DNA from: Promethearchaeota archaeon
GTDB taxonomy: Archaea; Asgardarchaeota; Lokiarchaeia; Sigyniarchaeales; SOKP01
DNA length: 32,000 nucleotides
Direction: 5' to 3'
Assembly (NCBI GenBank): GCA_030606485.1
Contig: JAUWGH010000004.1
Span: forward strand, 390,001-422,000
Shown: positions 28,099 through 32,000 of the stretch, one piece after another
Numbering within the stretch: the stretch's first letter is position 1
Layout: the number at the start of each line of letters is the position of its first letter
Translations under genes and position numbers: made by a program
The notes under the pieces: generated by a model
The model's input: only the letters and a program-made list of their open reading frames with translations
Database searches by the model: none
What the model was told of the DNA's origin: nothing

Positions 28099-28356
28099 TT
28101 ATTCGATATTTAATTTCCAGAAAATTTGAGGTCTACCACGCTCTCCATTATTTCTTGCAAATTTGGAAACTATATTATTTCTTTGTAGTTTTGATAAATT
28201 ATCAAAAATAGTGGTTCTAGCTTTATTTAATTTTTTCACTAAATCTCGTCTTGTTAATGGGCCATTTTTATATAATTCTATTATTATATTATGTTGAAGA
28301 GGAGATCCATTTTCTCGTAAATTAAATCTGTTTGTTAATAAAGAATTTTTAAACAT
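28099..28356 (-). CDS. Winged-helix transcription regulator (TrmB/ArsR-like)
   Basis: LYKNGPLTRRDLVKKLNKARTTIFDNLSKL...RGRPQIFW; ATG 28356 preferred. Confidence 0.82.
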   Translation of the reverse strand: MFKNSLLTNRFNLRENGSPLQHNIIIELYKNGPLTRRDLVKKLNKARTTIFDNLSKLQRNNIVSKFARNNGERGRPQIFWKLNIE

Positions 28357-28570
28357 TATTTTTATCACTTTTGAAAAATACAATAGAAATTTATTATTCT
28401 AAATATATTAAAAATTGTTTAATATTTAAATGATGCTTATTTACATATAAATAACATACTCTTACCATATTTTCACCATAAGATTTTTAAATGTCGATTT
28501 TTGTCTTATTATTAAAAGTAAAAATGTTAGAAATAAAGATCAAAAGTAATTAAACGGTTTTAATTAATTA

Positions 28571-28936
28571 ATGACAGATACTGAAAGAACTACAATAACA
28601 CTAAGTAATTATCATATGAATATTATCAAAAATTTAATAGGTATTAAAGGTAATACTGCAGCTTCAGTTATAGCTGGAATTATTTCTTCTTGGATAGATC
28701 AAAATTTACAGGAAATTAAAGACCATCTTCAAATGAAAAATATAATGTTACCTCCCTCAGAAGAAGAAATTAATAAAAAATTAGAATCTGTTATGGAAAA
28801 TTTTGAAAAATTGAAATTAGATGATCTCGCAAAGTTATGTAAAATTGATAGACAATTAATTATTGAAAATATATCCTATTGGAGTAAAAAATATAATATT
28901 ATAATTAGTGGAGATTATATAATTAAAAAGAAATAA
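28571..28936 (+). CDS. Hypothetical protein: RHH-like N-terminus + small winged-helix/PCI-like C-terminus
   Basis: RTTITLSNYHMNIIKNLIG..GNTAASVI resembles RHH; LKLDDLAKLCKIDRQLI...IISGDYII resembles a wH. Confidence 0.55.
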   Translation: MTDTERTTITLSNYHMNIIKNLIGIKGNTAASVIAGIISSWIDQNLQEIKDHLQMKNIMLPPSEEEINKKLESVMENFEKLKLDDLAKLCKIDRQLIIENISYWSKKYNIIISGDYIIKKK

Positions 28937-29061
28937 AATGTCCTAAATAATTTTTTTTTGTCTTGACAAATTTCAAAATCTTCCTAACATTCACTAAAAA
29001 TTTTTTTAGAAAAGAAAAAAATTAAACAGTAAGTTTAAATATATAAATATAAAAAATTTTT

Positions 29062-30594
29062 GTGCCTTATCTTAAAAAAATATCACTAATAATTCTTATT
29101 TTGCTTTTTTTAGCACAATTAATAATAATTATTCCAAATATAATTGCAGTACTTCAAATAAATATTTTGAATTTTAACACTGATAAAAATGAATATTTTA
29201 CGGATGAGAATATAATAATAGAAGCTTCTTGGGATTTAAATTACAATCCGATTGAAGAATGGGCATATGTTCAGATACAACTCTATAATAATCTTGATCA
29301 GATATTATGGTGCTCAGAGCAAAATGATAGTATGGGAATAATTAATAAAACTTGGGATATCAATATAATAGATTTGAATTTTAATTTTTCGGAAAATTCT
29401 ATCAACTTTAGTGTTATTTTTTATCTTTTTCATATAGTTGGTGAGGAAATTATTTTTTCTGGTCCTATTGCTATAAAATCTATTCAAATTTCGAAAAAAT
29501 TAATTTCTTGCTCTTTATTCAATTATACAGAAAAAATCAATTACGGTGAATCCATAAGTTTTCAAGCTCTATTCTATAATATCACAAAAAATGAAACTTA
29601 TTATCCTGATAATCTTTCAATCACTTTAGAATTATATAAGGCAAATAAGTCTATTTTTAGTCAAAACTATAATACTGTAAATGGATCGATTAATATTACT
29701 ATCTCAACCTCAACATTTTTAATTGTTGGTCAAATTGAATTAAAATTAATAGCTTCTGAGAATTTCTTTTATTTTGGCAATATTTTCAGTTATGATTTAG
29801 AAGTCGAGAAATTGAATTTATTATGTTCTTTATCGAATTATACAGAAAAGATTAATTACGGTGAATCCATAAGTTTTCAAGCTCTATTCTATAATATCAC
29901 CAAAAATGAAACTTATTATCCTGATAATCTGTTAGTAACCCTAGAAATCTATAAACAAAAGGAATTAGTTTACGATGAACAATATAATACTATAAATGGG
30001 TTAATATATATTACTATCTCAACTTTAACATTCCCAATTATTGGTGAATTTAAATTAAATTTAATAACCCCTAATGATAATATTTATTTTAATCAAATTT
30101 TTACTTACAGTTTAAAAGTTCAAAGGTTGGGAATAAATTATTCTATAAATGAATATAATCATAATGTAAAATATAACGAAGATACAACAATTAACATAAG
30201 ATTTTTTAACCACAGTAATGGTCAAATTCGATATTTAGAAATCATTAACATAAGTGTGAGAATTTTTTCAAATAATACTCTGATTTACAAAAGTTTTTAT
30301 AATAGTAATAAAAATGGGACACTTATTATAGTAATTCCAAGCGAAATATTTGAAGAAAGTGGAGAAAAATTAATTTACATCGACATTTACAATAATTTAT
30401 ATTACAAAGATCTATCAATCAACTTAACATTAGTTTTTAATAATAACCAAAATGAAAATAATTTAATCTTTACTTTTGGTAATGTAATTTTAGTTTTTGT
30501 TATAAGTCTTATTAGTGGTGCAGGAACTTTATTTATTTTCCAAAGAAAGAGAAAATTTAATAAAAATATATTTGAGATAACATTCAAACATTAA
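29062..30594 (+). CDS. Cell-surface glycoprotein with tandem ~105-aa beta-sandwich (Ig-like) repeats and C-terminal TM anchor
   Basis: GTG start, N-terminal signal, abundant N-x-S/T, repeated NYTEKINYGESISFQALFYNITKNETYYPDNL, TM followed by QRKRK. Confidence 0.8.
   Translation: MPYLKKISLIILILLFLAQLIIIIPNIIAVLQINILNFNTDKNEYFTDENIIIEASWDLNYNPIEEWAYVQIQLYNNLDQILWCSEQNDSMGIINKTWDINIIDLNFNFSENSINFSVIFYLFHIVGEEIIFSGPIAIKSIQISKKLISCSLFNYTEKINYGESISFQALFYNITKNETYYPDNLSITLELYKANKSIFSQNYNTVNGSINITISTSTFLIVGQIELKLIASENFFYFGNIFSYDLEVEKLNLLCSLSNYTEKINYGESISFQALFYNITKNETYYPDNLLVTLEIYKQKELVYDEQYNTINGLIYITISTLTFPIIGEFKLNLITPNDNIYFNQIFTYSLKVQRLGINYSINEYNHNVKYNEDTTINIRFFNHSNGQIRYLEIINISVRIFSNNTLIYKSFYNSNKNGTLIIVIPSEIFEESGEKLIYIDIYNNLYYKDLSINLTLVFNNNQNENNLIFTFGNVILVFVISLISGAGTLFIFQRKRKFNKNIFEITFKH
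29521..29930 (+). repeat. Intragenic direct repeat, 315-bp period
   Basis: 29521-29615 vs 29836-29930 share 92/95 nt; the remainder of each 315-bp unit is clearly diverged. Confidence 0.9.
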
Positions 30595-30630
30595 AGCAAT
30601 TATAAATTTTCGAATTAATTAAACCAAAAT

Positions 30631-32000
30631 TTATGAGACATAATAAAATTCATTTATTTTTTTCTGATATTCATCTTTTGTACTTCCTAGTTTATTTACT
30701 CTGGGTCGTTTCGTTAAATTATCTCGTCTAAATGTAATATCCATAACTTTAAGAAATCTGTTAAAACCATCTCTCAACCCCAATGGAACTGAAGCATGTC
30801 CTTTTATTCCTGGGACACCCTCAAAAATCAAAATTGAATCTGCAATGAAATCTTGCGTAACTATATCATGTTCGACAACAAAAGCTGCTTTTTTCAGTTC
30901 TTCAATAACTTTTCTAATTAATTGAGCAACATTTAATCTCATTTCAACATCTAAAAAAGCGCAAGGTTCGTCCAGTAAAAATATATCTGCTTTTTCAGCC
31001 AAGCATTTTGCGATTTCAACACGTTGTAGCTCACCTCCACTTAATTCAGTAATCTTTCTTTGTTCAATATTTCGTAAATTGAGGTTATTGATTAAACGTT
31101 TTATAATAGGTGGAGATAAATGAGGTTTTGATTTAATATTAGATATTATATTGCCAACCGTTAAATCTTGTTCTGGTTTAATATATTGTGGTTTTATTGA
31201 TACGATAAGTTCAGTAGATTCTTTTTGAGAAATAACTTTCTTAAGATTCATCTGATTGGCTATAAGATTAATGAATGTAGTCTTCCCAATAGCATTTGGG
31301 CCTAAGATCCCTATAACTTCACCAGCATGTATCTCACTACCTGATACTTTTAAATGAAACTCTCCTCTGTGTGTTTCTAAATCATTATATGAAAAAATAA
31401 TTTTTCCTTTGTCAAAAGAAGAAATTTGTGGAGGACGGACATGAAAAATTATCGAGTCTTCTCGAATGCGCATATTTTCATCTTTGATGTAACCTTGTAA
31501 GTAAATGTTTATTCCATTACGTACACTTTGAGGGTGTGAAATTATTCCATATACTCCGGGTTTTCCGTAAAAAATTGCTACGTAATCACTTAAATAATCT
31601 AGGATAGCTAGATCATGCTCAACAACTACGATTGTTTTCCCTTTTTCTGCTAAGGATCTAATAATTCTTGCTATTTTAATTCGTTCACTTACGTCTAAAT
31701 ATGATGTTGGCTCGTCTATCAAATATACATCGCCATTTCTTAAAACTGCAACTGCTATTAACATTCTTTGTAATTCTCCTCCAGATAAGACAGAAATCTC
31801 TCTATTCAAAATTTTACTTAAGTTTAATTTTTTAATGATTTCGTCTAAATAATAATTATTACATATTCCTTTCAAGATATCTCCCACTTTTCCTGAAACC
31901 CTTTTAGGAGTATCAGTAATATTTTGGGGTTTATGGATTATCTTAATATTTTTTTCCCTTAAATCAATAAAATATCCTTGTAATTCTGAACCTTTAAATT
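30631..32000 (-). CDS. Ribosome recycling ATPase ABCE1/Rli1 (5' part outside window)
   Basis: Frame stays open to the window edge (FKGSELQGYF...HKPQ); LSGGELQR twice, DEPTSYLD, GPNAIGKTT, VEHD, FRRD...RPRVNKLGS. Confidence 0.95.
   Translation of the reverse strand, partial: FKGSELQGYFIDLREKNIKIIHKPQNITDTPKRVSGKVGDILKGICNNYYLDEIIKKLNLSKILNREISVLSGGELQRMLIAVAVLRNGDVYLIDEPTSYLDVSERIKIARIIRSLAEKGKTIVVVEHDLAILDYLSDYVAIFYGKPGVYGIISHPQSVRNGINIYLQGYIKDENMRIREDSIIFHVRPPQISSFDKGKIIFSYNDLETHRGEFHLKVSGSEIHAGEVIGILGPNAIGKTTFINLIANQMNLKKVISQKESTELIVSIKPQYIKPEQDLTVGNIISNIKSKPHLSPPIIKRLINNLNLRNIEQRKITELSGGELQRVEIAKCLAEKADIFLLDEPCAFLDVEMRLNVAQLIRKVIEELKKAAFVVEHDIVTQDFIADSILIFEGVPGIKGHASVPLGLRDGFNRFLKVMDITFRRDNLTKRPRVNKLGSTKDEYQKKINEFYYVS

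Noticed and set aside
28547-28566. Inverted repeat TAATTAAA-CGGT-TTTAATTA before the RHH-like gene
   Set aside because: Arms are A/T only; not distinguishable from chance.
6534-30587. Short overlapping or antisense ORFs in the track (6534+, 9136+, 11798+, 13885+, 14890+, 15050-, 15638-, 17263-, 20727+, 21490-, 25163+, 26279+, 27107-, 30402-)
   Set aside because: Each lies on top of a well-supported gene and shows no motif; shadow ORFs are expected in AT-rich coding DNA.
31885-32000. ABCE1 appearing N-terminally truncated (track start GTG 31887, no Fe-S domain)
   Set aside because: The frame is open to the window edge with FKGSELQGYF, so the gene continues outside the window.
1-32000. CRISPR arrays, tRNAs, rRNAs, IS elements or integrases
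   Set aside because: No regularly spaced repeats, cloverleaf, long GC-rich RNA or transposase/integrase motifs seen by eye.

Overview
Very AT-rich, gene-dense archaeal chromosomal segment. Gene content (Rpl15e, RNase P Rpp30/Pop5, TFB, Cdc6/Orc1-like, RqcH, ABCE1) plus an MglA-type small GTPase, a longin-like protein and Ig-like surface glycoproteins suggests an Asgard archaeon, probably Lokiarchaeia-like (inference). I saw no tRNA, rRNA, CRISPR array or mobile element. Items missing from the ORF track: (1) a ~76-nt box C/D guide sRNA on the minus strand (8961-9036) whose D guide predicts 2'-O-methylation of the 23S P-loop G2251; (2) a 48-aa CdrS-like ribbon-helix-helix gene; (3) an ino1 N-terminus with no canonical start codon. 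Most interesting proteins: a longin + tandem winged-helix protein resembling NPRL2 (GATOR1) with a candidate arginine finger; a 1300-aa membrane-anchored subtilase with site-1-protease-like architecture; an FGGY kinase / SCP2 / dehydrogenase-aldolase fusion cluster; and four nearby genes (EndoV, Cdc6, gamma-CA, NIF3) that have lost catalytic residues. All family assignments are motif recognition by eye; no searches were run, and reference sequences are recalled from memory.
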